Shown: piece after piece, positions 44,751 to 57,522 of the stretch
Position numbering within the stretch: position 1 is the stretch's first letter
Layout of the letters: the number at the start of each line of letters is the position of its first letter
Assembly: GCF_009914755.1 (NCBI RefSeq)
Contig: NC_060945.1
Source: the human T2T-CHM13v2.0 reference genome, Homo sapiens
Reading direction: 5' to 3' (one strand)
DNA length: 64,000 nucleotides
Translations under genes and position numbers: made by a program
Notes under the pieces: generated by a model
What the model was told of the DNA's origin: nothing
Seen by the model: the letters and a program-made list of their open reading frames with translations, nothing else
Database searches by the model: none

Positions 44751-46084
44751 CAGTCATGCACTGCATAATGATGTTTTCGTTAACTATGAACTGCATATAT
44801 GAGAGTGGTACTATAAGATTATAATGGAGCTGAAAAATTTCTATCACCTGGTGACATTGTTGCCATTGAAATGTCATGGCACAAAGCATTACTCAAGAAG
44901 TTGTGTTGATTCTGGTGTAAACAAACCTACTGTGAGGCCATTTGTATAAATGGGTAGCACATTCAATTATGTACAATACATAACCCTTGATAATAAACAA
45001 CTATGTTACTGGTTTATGTATTTGCTGTACTATACTCTTTCTCATTGTTTTAGAGTGTACTTCTTCTACTTATATATTTTAAAAGAAGGTTAATTGTAAA
45101 ACAGCCTCAGGCAAGTCCTCCAGGAGGCATTCCTGAAGAAGACATTGTTATTACAGGATGAGATGAGAGCCCCATGCATGATATTGTCTTGAAGACTTTT
45201 CTATGGGACAAAATGTGAAGGTGGAAAACACTGATATTGATGATTCTGATTCTGTGAGAGCCTTGGCTAATGTATGTGTTCACATCTTCATTTTTAATAA
45301 CAAAATTAAAATATAAAAAGCTTAGAGAGCGGTGATATAAGGAAAAATATTTTTGTGTAGCTGTACGGTGTGTTAGTATTTTAAGCTAGGTATTATTACA
45401 AAAGAGTCATAATGTTTAAAAATTGTTTATAAGCAATAAAAGTGACAGTAAGCTAAGGTTCATTTATTATTGAAGAAAAAACTATTTTTAAGTAAATTTA
45501 GTATAGCATAAGTGTACAGCGTTTATCATGTTTATAGTAGTGTACAGTAATGCCCTTGGCTTCACATTCACTCACCACTCACCCACTGACTCACCCACAG
45601 CAACTTTCATCCTACAGCTCCATTGATGGTAAGTGTCCTATATATATGTGCCATTTTTTATCTTTTACACTGTGTTTTTACCGTATCTTTTCTATTTTCA
45701 TGCTCTTTAGATGTACAGATACCATTGTGTTACAGTTGGCTACAGTATTGAATACAGTAACATTCTGTACAGATTTGTTCCAATGGGCTATACTATATAA
45801 TCCATGTGTGTAATAGGCTATACCAATAGGTTTAAGTAGGCTATATTAAAGTAAGCCATACCAATATGCTTAAGTATATATACTTAAGTAGGCTATACCA
45901 GTATATTTAAGTATGTATACTTAAGTAGGCTATAGCAATAGGCTTAAGAGGTCTATACCAATAGGTTTAAGTAGGCAATACCAATAGGTTTAAGTACACA
46001 AGTATGATGTTTGCACAATGATGAAATCACCTAACAACCCATTTCTCAGAACATATTCCTGATTACTTGAGTGATGCATAACTG
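44751..46084 (+). mobile_element. Tigger3b/MER7-type non-autonomous DNA transposon
   Basis: TIRs cagtcatgca... and ...tgcataactg followed by TA; ataagattataatggagctgaaaaatt, cacattcactcaccactcac. Confidence 0.9.
45811..45996. repeat. Degenerate ~23-bp minisatellite (aagtaggctataccaataggttt) inside Tigger3b
   Basis: About seven variant copies visible. Confidence 0.85.
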
Positions 46085-46529
46085 TATATTCAACAAAATT
46101 CCTTTCCATTAGCAATAGGTTGTTTCCAATATTTGTCAATGAAAAACAATATTGCAAAGTATATCCTTGTGTCATGTATTTTCTAATTGTTTACAATATC
46201 TTTAAGATAGAGTCTTAGAAGTTGGACTGATTTCTCTCCAAAAGGGTTAGACCAGTTTGTATTTCCACCAATAATGCTGGGAGTGTGTATGAATGAGTTA
46301 ATGATGCTTAAAGACATAAAAGTAGACTTGAGCAAATGGAAAAGACATACTCTGTTTAAATCTACTGGTATAGCTATTACTACAGTGCCTGTTTTCCCAC
46401 AATCTCATGAACAGAATGCAATGTCACTAATTTTGGTTGATCCGAGAATTGAGAAACAATATCGCAGTGTTTTAATTTGCACTTCACTGATTATGATTGA
46501 GTTCACATATTTTAATATGTTGGGGGGCT

Positions 46530-46780
46530 GGCTAGACTCAGTGGCTCATGCCTGTAATCCCAGGATTTTGAGATGCTGAGGCAGGCAGATCACAAGGTCA
46601 GGAGTTTGAGACCAGCCTGGCCAACATGGTGAAACCCCATCTCTACTAAAAATACAAAAATTAGCCCGGTGTGGTGGCATGCACCTGCAATCCCAGCTAC
46701 TCGGGAGGCTGAGGCAGGATAATTGCTTGAACCTGGGAGTGCCACTGCACTCCAGCCTGGGCAACAGAGCAAGACTCTGT
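46530..46780 (+). mobile_element. AluSg-like element with internal deletion and no poly-A tail
   Basis: gatcacaaggtcaggag; cctgggag|tgccactgc junction; ends gactctgt without tail or TSD. Confidence 0.92.
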
Positions 46781-48064
46781 TTGTATACCTTTTGTAGAAA
46801 TTTTCAGTTTGTTTGTTTTTCCAGTTTTTATGTTTTTGATGCGTTTTTTGCAATTTTTAAGAATTCTTGATAAATCGTGGATATTAGCCTTTTGTCTGTG
46901 GTTGTGAATATTTTCTCCCAGTTTTTCAGATTTATTTTAACTTTGCAGATTTTATCCTGCAGATTTTTATATTTTGTATGTAGTCAAATTTATGAATTTT
47001 TTATTTCATTGCTTCTGAATTTTGATTTGTATTTAGAAAGCCTGTTTTTAATCCAGTTCATATTCATTCATATTTTCTGGTACTTGTGTTGTTTCATTTT
47101 TGCATTTAGATCTCTAATTTGTTTGGAGTTTATTTTAGTGTATACTATCAGATATGAACCTAATTTTATCTTTTTTTCAATGGCTAGCCAGTAGTTCTAG
47201 CACCGTTTATGAAAAAGTTTATCTTCACCCTAAGGGTTTGAGATGCCACCTTTAACATGTGCCAAGTTTCAGTATATACAAGGACTGTTTCTGCATTCTA
47301 TTTTTTTTTGGATTATTTTTCTATTTATATGCCAGTACAACAGGCTAGTATCAGAGACTTCATAGTATATTTGAAAGTATAGTAGTGTTTATTCCTTTTA
47401 TAGTTTTTCTTTTTAGTGTTTTTCTGGCTATTTTTTCATGTTGCCTTTTAAAATAAACTTTAGATCAACCTAACTTCATAAAATAGCTTGCTGGAGGTTT
47501 TATTGGAATTTCATCAAGTTTACAATTTACCTTAGAACTGAGATCTTTATAATGTTGAGTTGTGTTAGACAAAAACAGGATATGTCTTTTCCATTTGCTC
47601 AAGTCTACTTTTATGTTTTTAAGAAGCATTAAAAATTCCTTAAATTAATATATTAATTCCTAAATATTAATTCCTAAGTACTTAATCTTCTTTATTGACA
47701 TTATATAAAGGATTTCTCTATCATTACACTCTTTATTCATTTATTAGTATATTGAAGCTACTTATTTTTATATGTTAATGTGCATCAAGCTACTTACTGC
47801 TTCTTTAATTGAGTTTGCTTTAACATTGATTTTATAGGGGTTTCATAGTATACTGTCATATCATCTGGAAACAGATATCGTTTTTGCTTCTTCTTTACCG
47901 ATTCTTGTGCCACTAATTAATATCAGTTATCTAATTATATCGGCTAGTATTTCAAGTACATTGCTGAATATCCATAAATAATGGCCAAGCTTACCTTTGT
48001 CCCAATTTTAGTGGAAATACTTCTTCTCTTTTCTCACTAAAGAAGATACAGGTCTTGGACTAAC

Positions 48065-48171
48065 ATATATATGTGTGCGTGTGTGTGTATATATATATAC
48101 ACACATATATATTGCTTCTGGAATATGTGTGTGTGTGTGTATGTGTATATATATGTGTGTATATATATATG

Positions 48172-48213
<42 letters not shown>
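48065..48213. repeat. Compound (TA)/(TG)/(CA) microsatellite
   Basis: Directly visible. Confidence 0.95.
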
Positions 48214-49224
48214 AATATGTATTAGTCCAAAAGCTGTATCTTCTTTAGTATAGGTTTTAAAGTATTCCTCCATTCCTATGTTCTTCAATATTTTTGTATC
48301 ATAAATGGTTGTTTAATTTTGTTGAAGATTTTTTCAGCATCTATAGAGATAGTCATAATTTTCACCTTTAGTTTTCTAATATAATGTATGACAGTAAGAA
48401 ATGTTTTTACATTCCTGAGATAAATCCCATTTAGTCACAGTGCATTATTTTTAAAACATATCATTGAATTCTGTTTGTTAATCTTTTATGTGGAATTATT
48501 TATGAGTGATAGTGGTATTTTGTTTTCTTCCTTACAATGTCTTTATTTTTAGATATCACTATTATACTTGTTTCATAGAAGGAATTATGAAATTTTAATT
48601 CCTTTTCAGGGCATTGGAATAATTTTTAGACTCTTCAGGCTATATGGTTGTTGAAATTAGTTAAAAATCTCCTGTGAAACCATCTGGGCCTGTTGCTTTT
48701 TTGTAAAGTAATTCTTTGATAGCTCTCTTTGTTTTTATGCATTGATCTGCTAAGATTTATAATGGAAGTTGAGTCAATTTGGTAATATCTGTTTCCCTAG
48801 GGAAACTATCTAGCTTTTCAATTGTATTTGACTAGAGCTCTGAGAAGCAGTCCTCCGGGGGCGTGTGCATGTGTATGTTTTAATTTCTTTACTTTCAAAG
48901 ATTATTTCCTTTTTGTCATTTCTTATTTTGAATGTTTATATGTTATTGCTGCATTTTCTTGATTAAGTTAACTAGTAGTTTTTCTCTCATTTGTTTTCCT
49001 TAAAAATAGGATAATATATTAGATATAGTTTTTCAATTATCTTATTCTCAAATCATTTTCTTCTTTTATTTTTATTATTTCCTTCATTATGATGCTTTGT
49101 TTTTGTTTCCTTTTTTGTTCTTTCTTAAAGCTTTTTGAGAAGGGAATTTAATTCATTGCCTTTTATTATTTCTTTGTGATTAATAAAGCCTGACTTTTCT
49201 TCGTAATTAATTAATCTTCGTAAG

Positions 49225-49346
49225 GATTTTGTTAAAGATGCAGATGGATGGGCCCCACCCATGTATGGAGACTTAGTTTCAGTAGGCCTAGGTGTGACCT
49301 GAGGACCAGAAGCAGAATATCTAGAACTACACTGGAGAACCGCTGA
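49225..49346. mobile_element. MER5-like hAT-Charlie MITE fragment
   Basis: atgcagatggatgggccccaccc...ttcagtaggcctagg...ggagaaccgctg. Confidence 0.7.
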
Positions 49347-52300
49347 TGCAATATTAAAATTTTACAAATGTTCCTCTCAAGGAATGTTTAATTCCTTATC
49401 CAATCATTTTGTTATTCAGATGCATTCAAACATGTTATGGTGTTTTGCTGGTAGGTGTCCTCCTTCTAGACCTGTGGTATTTTGACTTAATAATCGTGAC
49501 TCATATTCGACCATTTAAAACTTGCTTAGGTTGACAATAGGCAATACCAAGAGTCTCCCTTAGATAAAATATCACAGTTTCCTAAATCTGTCGCTCTTAT
49601 CTTCTAAGGCAACAGAGGTCAGAGGAGCTATACTAAAATCTTAACTAACAAACATTTTAAAATACAACTGAAGAATGTAATTTGTAACAAATTTGTTCAC
49701 AATAATTTTTAAAAATCCCTTTGTATGTACACTAAGTAACTGAACATTTTAGAAAGACTATCAGTGATGAGAAAAATACAAATAACATGAAAATAAATTA
49801 TTTGGAAAATTATGCTACAAAACTATAACCACTGAACTCATTCAAGCATCAAAAATATTAGTTAGAAGCCTTGCTCTAATGTTTTGGAGGTTTCCCAAGA
49901 CTTTCAAACTACTAATCTCACTTCTTAATATAAGGTAGAGCAAGATTCTGAAAAGTCTTTGAGTTTTTAGTTTTGCTAAAGCTGTTGTTTCAACTGAGCC
50001 TAGGTTATACAATTGTTAGGCTGAGGTCTCATCAAATAACTGAACAAATGGACTAATGAAAGCACCTCATATCTATAATTATCCACAGAACACAAAGGAA
50101 AAGAATGGGTAATTTCACTGTCTATATTACATTGGGCTGGTACTTTTGTTGTGAAGCTGGAATATTGAAGATGCAGTGTAATAATTCAGAGGTTATTTAT
50201 ATATCCTTTAAGACTGATACTATCTGTACATTGCACATTGGCATTTATTTCTACAGATTTATTTTGGTGTAGCTGGTATGGGAGCCATAAAGTACCAGTG
50301 TTCATTTTTCCAGGGATGAAATCAGAAGAGTGTTAGAGAATGGTCTTCTTCCTCAAGCTATCAGTGTGAATCTCTGAGATAACTAGAGTCTGAAAAAGAA
50401 GTTCAAATCTGTCTTAATTTTTCAGGCCAGGATTTCTCTACAAAACTAATCTTCAATTTAGATAGATATATGACCCTTGATTTTCTTTCATAATGTTTAT
50501 AAACGTAGAGCCTCTTTTGTAATTTTTTCAGAACTCCTCACCTTATGCTATTGGGGACAAAGCAAAAGTCAGGAAAATTAGACTAATTTGGAAAATGACC
50601 ACGTTACTATTGCTCTGGAGTAGGACACAGTTGGAGTTTATCACCAAGTCATTTTATGTCCCCTAGTAATGTTCCCATCTCCCAAATCCTCTGCTAATAT
50701 TCCTGTATCTTTCAGAGAAGAGAGAAGCAACTCTATAGAAGAATTATCAGCAAAATTGCTCTATGCAACGAAAGTATCTTAATCCACTGAAAGTAAAGCA
50801 AATCTTGTCAGTTTCTACTTTGATTTAGAAGATTAAAAAAAACAAACAAAGTTATACATAACAGATATTAATGTTAATGAAAGGAAGAATTACAAGCTCT
50901 TTCTGTAATTTGGAATGATATGAAATGTCTGACCATTATTTTGTTATAATTCTTTACTATAAATAAGACTAAAGGAGGATCAAAAAATTTTTCACTTAAG
51001 AAGTAATCATACATTTCTATAAATATTTAAATATCAATTAAAGTACAGGTGTTTTGCTATTCAACAGATGCCTTATAAGGACATATACAACACAACTGCA
51101 TTCATTTCAGGGTTTTGAATGTGTCAAAAATGTCCTGGTACCTTGCTCAGTAGTTACAACTAGTAAACTGATTTTCACAAAGATCTGAGTCAAGGTTGTT
51201 GTTACCAGATCCTTGTTCAAAGACACCAGATACTGTAGTTATAATATATTATACACATTTCAGCAGTCTTTTAATTTAAGAAACTATTTTGAGCTGTACT
51301 TAGTGCAAAGGGCAAGCGATAGTGACTGTTACATTGTTTCTTTTAGAAACAAACATTGTAGGCAGGAACACACTAAATACAATTTTAAGCAATACTGGAA
51401 CTAAATTTGGTCATGTATAATTATTTTTGAAACATTAGGTTGGTTAGTTGATGTTCTAGATTTACAATAAGCAGTGTCTATTAGAGAGAGTTTCAGGGTT
51501 TTTTATTTTACTGTGGAGGGAAAAGAAAATTTGGGGGTGCCTAAGTCCTGCTATGATCATAATTAGTTGTGTGATTGTAATCATAATTTTGAGAATAGTA
51601 ATATATCAGTTACCACGTATTCCATATTTACTTGTGGCCAGGCATGTTGCTGTATACTTTAGATTGATGATGATGGGATTGAAAAACCAAAACTAGTATT
51701 ATCTTAGACATTTTTCACATGCAGAAACCAGTTTCAAAAAATTAGGTAACATCCAAGGTTAAACTTCTACATAATTTAAATTTATTTCTAATAATGACTT
51801 CCTTTCTTTGTTAAGCTAAGTTTTTGAAAATCTGCTTTGATCATGCAATGTAATTGTGCTGTAATATGGCAGGGTAGAGTCAATTCTTTGGTCTTTCTGG
51901 ATAATAGTAAGAAAATTACTCTAAACAGGGACATCTTTGGACTCTATCACTGAGTCCAGTGTAATTGGGAGCAACTTGGTAATGGGCTTTGATTGTACCT
52001 CGTTTTCTACATTGCTATAATGAACAGGACTGTGTATTTGATGAGAGTCACAATGGTATGATGAGATTGGAAAACATGATATTACAGATGCTGTCATATG
52101 CAAACCATGGCAGAAGTACTTAGTGAACAATGACTGTAAGCATTTTATGTTGCCTTTCATTGAAAATGTTTTATAAGAAAAAATTTTTGCATTCCATGAA
52201 GTGATGATGGAATAATTACATTTTCGATGACAAAATTGCGCAGCAAATACATCGCATAAAAGCTAAAGAGATGACTATAAAATTGAGTAAAGATGCCACC

Positions 52301-52621
52301 TTCTCTACATTTGTATATGTATGAGTACCTTCTCCAATGTTCTCTTTTTGTCTAATTGAACTGTGGGAAAGTGTAAATATCCACTGAGTTGAGTCAATAT
52401 TAATGTGGTTCCTAGTTTCTATTTTTCATTTGAACTCAAGTTATTGAGAGGATGATGTTAAAGTCTCTAACTCATAGCTTTGACTTTAAAATAACTAAAA
52501 AAATTGTATATGCTCTAACTGTATTGAGTACCAACTCTGCTATATACTCTGCTTGAGACTTGAGGACAGAAATAAATGATTTCATATATTGGTTGAGATA
52601 TACAAGTATATAATTGATTAT

Positions 52622-52810
52622 CCAAGTTTTTTTACATGAAGTGTATGGTCTATAAATAGGTTTCAAGGCATTCACAGAACCCTAAAATTGTATGCAAATC
52701 ACTTTCTGTCTATGGATGTGAACATTTTCATAGGCAAGGTGTTCATGGATTTCATCAGCTTTTTTAGATTCTCAAAAGGTTCATTATGTTAACAAAGTTA
52801 GAAGTTATTA
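52622..52810. mobile_element. hAT-Charlie MITE (MER117-like)
   Basis: cctaaaattgtatgcaaa...catggatttcatcag...agattctcaaaagg. Confidence 0.6.
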
Positions 52811-52849
52811 AACCTCTTTCTCCTTGGCAATGGAAATAACCTAGTTTGA

Positions 52850-52990
52850 GGGGTATATGTTTTCATATGTGATGAAATTTTGGTTCAGAAGTTTCGTGAC
52901 TTGCCTAAGGTCAAGTAATTGTTTAATGACAGATCTAGAATAAGAATAGTAAGTTGTCTTGTCACCTAGTCCAGGCTTGTTACCCACCAT
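52850..52990 (-). mobile_element. MIR fragment
   Basis: gatgaaattttggttcagaagtttcgtgacttgcctaaggtca. Confidence 0.7.
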
Positions 52991-53517
52991 ATAGTTTTTA
53001 TCTCATTGACATTATCTCATTGTTTCTTCAAACGCTAGCCATATAGCCTGAAGCATTTGTTTTCTGCATTTTCCTATACTATTAAATGGAAACATCGCCT
53101 TTTATGTGCTTTCATGTTTAATAGGGAAAAATTCCAAATTGCATTAGAAAACCAAATCGTAATTCAGTTTTTATTTTGGCTCATTCTTTATAAGAAGCAA
53201 ATGACAACCAGAATTTTCCAATGTAATTTCCCAGGGGAGACCTAGTCTCAGAACATTGTTTACCCAAATCACAGTATCTTCGACATCTAATGATCATTGA
53301 TTATCACAATGATAAATCACAAAAGAAAAATTCCATTGTATTTACTGTATGCTCTACCATCTAGGGCAAGGGCATAAAGAAATGATTTTGGATACTTCAA
53401 CAGAATTGGGACAAGATATTCTTGTTAAGCCTCTACATAGGTATTATTGTAAACCTGAGGAGTCCATTCTCCATGCATTCAAGTCATAGGTGCTCTGGTT
53501 TTCCTTTCTTTCTTTTT

Positions 53518-53519
<2 letters not shown>

Positions 53520-53549
<30 letters not shown>
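53520..53549. repeat. Poly-T homopolymer (T30)
   Basis: Directly visible. Confidence 0.95.
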
Positions 53550-53552
<3 letters not shown>

Positions 53553-56500
53553 CACTGGGGTTTGGTATCTCTATGGAAATAATTAAAAACTCTCAGGAAA
53601 ATGGCACTTCTCTGCTCTCAGTTCAAATGATAGTAAGTCAGTGCATTCTTATATGACTTCAGAAGCTCACTTTTAACAATGCATGTGTGTATATATGTGT
53701 GTGTATGTGTGTGTGTGGGTATACACTTGAAGGTTGATTAACTCATTTATAATTCATATATGAACACAGTACCAAAGCGTTTACTTATTTTTAATTAAAA
53801 ATTGGAAGGCATGATCTTCTCACAAAAGGGAATGTATCACTCCTATTTTTTCATTAGGAGAGGAAAATTCATGCTACACTTTATGTGTTTATCTAACATT
53901 TTGTAATTCTGGGGCTGAAAAATAGAAGGAAATTAGGTCAGGGTTAGCCTTTATAAAAGACACTTTTACTCTGACATACCACTGGGTGGAGTACATTGCT
54001 AGCCCAGAGACTAATATTACTCTATTGAAAGGTAAGAATTTCTGTGCCAGAAGAAACTCCTGATCAGTTTTGAGGTTTTATGTATTGCTTCTAAAATCTG
54101 GACATGTTTAACAATGGCTAAGTGACTAGAATATAATACCAACATTGACTATGCTCTGGCATTATAACTTTCAAGTTTCAGTCCATCATCCCTACACCTT
54201 TGGGAGATATGCCTAGAAGACTCTGAGAGAATTATGTGGATGAAGGCCATTTTATATTCTAGTCAAAAGAGCAACTGCAGTTTGGTCTGAATTAGTGTTT
54301 TAACTCTACATGGAAAGGCATAAAGCTTCTTTTTGATAATGAAATCAAACTGTACCCAGGTATTGAATTTGACTTTTTATTTCATGTTGCTTTGATATAG
54401 CTTATTTTGGAGCTGAGCCTAATCTTATAATAAAATGAGCTTCTCTACGATGCCCTGTGGGACTATTATTGTCCATAGCATTTGCCTGAATTTGGCCTTC
54501 AGGACTTTATGAATGAGAATAATTTCCTAGTAGGCATTAGCTCTATATTATTTTCAGTTTCCCCCCATTCCCCTCTCCTCTCTTTAATTTTTTCTCTCTA
54601 AGTGCTGGGAAAAGGAACTCTACTAATCAAATCTAAAAATCTCCAACCTTAGAAATTTATTGTGCTTTAAATTTTATAATCTAATAAAATTGAGTCATTT
54701 TTACAGAACTATTTAGGATCTATAATTCTAAATATATGTCTTTATATTTCAAGTAAAGATTATGTTATATGAAAGAAAGAATTCTCACATTGATCATTCT
54801 TTTGCCTTGTTTCTTTTATTCCTTTAATTTCATTTTCCTGCTCACAGCACCCCTTTATTTTTTCTTAGCTTCCAGCTCTCAAACCTCGCCCTATAGCTTT
54901 TATGCTTCTAAACTTCCCCTCCTGCCCCATTTCCATTCTAAATGGAGTTCTCTTTCATCTTTTTTTTTAACAACCTCATATTCTGCACTTTACTTAATTT
55001 TTCTTCCCAACGCTATTAAAGATTCTTTATTTCTCCCTTCACCCAAGTATAGCATCTCATCTATTTCTCTATACTGAAGATGTGGTTTACCCAGGGGTGG
55101 AAGTTTCTCATGCACACTGCTCAGTGCTGGGATGATTTCAGTGGTGCCAGCATATTTTAACCACATCATTATCATGTAGTCCCAAAGCCTTGCTCACTGA
55201 AAACACCATCTTTAAAAGGATTTAGTTTCCATTAATCAATTTCAGAACTTGAAATTCAAGCACGGAAAGCATTTATTAGAATGTTCCCTACTTGTTCCCA
55301 CATTCATTTCATTCTCTTGACTATCCAAGAAAAAGGAATTGTGCAAAGGTCTTTTCTCTCTCCGTGCTTACCTCTCCTTTCTATAGCCCACCGAGCCCCC
55401 CAAGTCTATTCTTTCATACAGTAGTTAAATCAGAGCATGCGGCAGGAAGGCATTGTGTGAACTGGTGGCCACACAAGTACTTTGTATTCACTAGAGGTTT
55501 AGAAGTACAGCAGCTGCATATAAATATGCATAGTTGAGAGATTCATGATGGTGCCTCCTCATTCTAGTGCTGGTTGGCTGCAGTGCAGGCACTACAAATC
55601 AATGAACATTTTCCCCATCCATCAGCTGCTCGCTTGCAAGCAGACAAAACACTTACAATGCCAGAAACCCACAGAGAGCTCCTTAGTGAACGAAACCTCA
55701 CTGTCACAAGATTCAAAATAGCCTTCTCCCTCCCACCCTCAACCTCCACAGCTCTCGACCTCAAATGTCTTTTTTTTGTTAATCCAACGTGGATCGCAAG
55801 TACTTAAAAAATGATGCCAGGAAAGAAACTGGAAAAACAGGAGCAATGATAGATCAGAGTTTTGAGGGTCCTCACATCACACTTGTCACAAAACAAAGGC
55901 TTCTTTGAGATTTAACCCTTTTAGAAAATAAAACCCATCATAAAGATGAATCTGCTTATGTTGACTGTACTGCTTTACAATTGTAGGGTTTGAGCGTTGA
56001 AGCATTTAAGTATGCAAAGCATTATGCCAAGCTGTGTCAGACATTTGTAATTTATCTATAGTTACTAGATGGCTTTGGGTATTGAAGGAATTATGATTGA
56101 TGATATGAGAAGAATAAATCATAGATATATTTAACAGTAGAAATCATATTTCTCTCTTTGAGCAATTTTTTGCAGAGAACTCAGATGTATTTATATTGTG
56201 ACAATTCATGTAGAAACTTTAATAAAGCTTAACGTCACTTAATAAAATTTCATATGCAATATATTAGTGAATCAAATGTATATTTCTTGGTGAAAAGATA
56301 TACATTCATTACATCTTGAGAACAAGTCTATTTCTCATTTTTAGATAAACATTGGTAATAAAAATAGTTTATTCTTGTGTAGCATGAGCTATTAAACAAT
56401 TTACAGTGCTTTATCTGACAACTTGCCAACCCATCTTCCAATAACAATAATAATAAATATAATTTTTCATTCATTTAGGTTTTCACTACTTTGTAAATAC

Positions 56501-56719
56501 ACACCATAGCACCATGATGCTATGTGATACATACTATATGATAATATCTGTAGTCCCTGTTTTTAAGATGTGAATGTTCTGATTGGGGATATAGGAAATA
56601 CAGTTACAAAATGACCACGTGACTTTCAAGTGTTAGGAAAGTCTAGTTCAGTGTTCAGTACGTTGAAGATAGTAAATATTTTTTAAATGTATGACATTTA
56701 TTTAAAACTTATCTATCCA

Positions 56720-56912
56720 GTTAATATGTTTTGTTACCATGTTAAAGCAAGGATAAAAACAAATATAGGCAAGATAATTATAATTATACTTAACTGTGGC
56801 TCAGAGAAGCTGACAGACATGTCCAAATTTTATTTGCATGTGTGCAGCAAAACCAAAATTTGAACTCCTGTCTGCTTAACTTCAGAGCTCATCCATTCAC
56901 TTCTACTAAGCC
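56720..56912 (-). mobile_element. MIR fragment amid L2 remnants
   Basis: aactgtggctcagagaag...atttgaactcctgtctgcttaacttcagagctc. Confidence 0.7.
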
Positions 56913-57448
56913 ATGTAGAATTACAAGGCAGAATGTGATAATTGCTCTAGTGGATCAGAAGAGGTAAAGATCGCTTCCAGCAGGGAGGACCAAAGAAGAC
57001 ATCATTAAGAAGGAGTAGCATTTGAGCAAGCCTTTGAAGAATGGGCACAGGAACAGAGGAAAAACTGCAGACAGGGGTTAGCATTGGTGAAACCTTATGA
57101 CTCTGGAAAATGAGTTGCCAGGCAGATGAAGGACACCACTTTGAATGAAGTGGATGCCGTAAATAACACTACTATTTAAAGAATCGCCAGACGGACTTCT
57201 TAGTTATTAGAAATGGAATGCAAAAATAGACTTATATTTCAGGTTTCAAATGAAAGTCAGTTAAACTCTCTGGACCTCGGTTTCTTTGTTTCTAAAGTGA
57301 GGACTTGAACCTAAAAACCACTGAAGACTCCTCTTAGGAGGTCCATTTTGCAATACTTTCATTTTCATTTTTTTTCGGAATATAAAAATGTTAGTAGTAG
57401 TGAATTCAATGTGTAGTAATTATATAACCTGTATATATGTAATTCGTC

Positions 57449-57522
57449 TTAAAACAAAAAGTATACCTATGTATTTACATATTCTTTTAAAACAAAAAGT
57501 ATACCTATGTATTTACATATTC
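57449..57522. repeat. Perfect 36-bp direct duplication (period 38)
   Basis: ttaaaacaaaaagtatacctatgtatttacatattc at 57449-57484 and 57487-57522. Confidence 0.95.

Larger units (their letters stand above)
42282..49190 (-). mobile_element. Old L1 (L1MC-type) 3'UTR plus ORF2 remnant, interrupted by L1PA, Tigger3b, Alu and a microsatellite
   Basis: tagtttcccctaatggtaaca, ttttgtagaatgtccctcaatttgggtttgtctgatg; decayed ORF2-like T-rich sequence 46800-48800 (cctgtgaaaccatctgggcctg). Confidence 0.8.
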
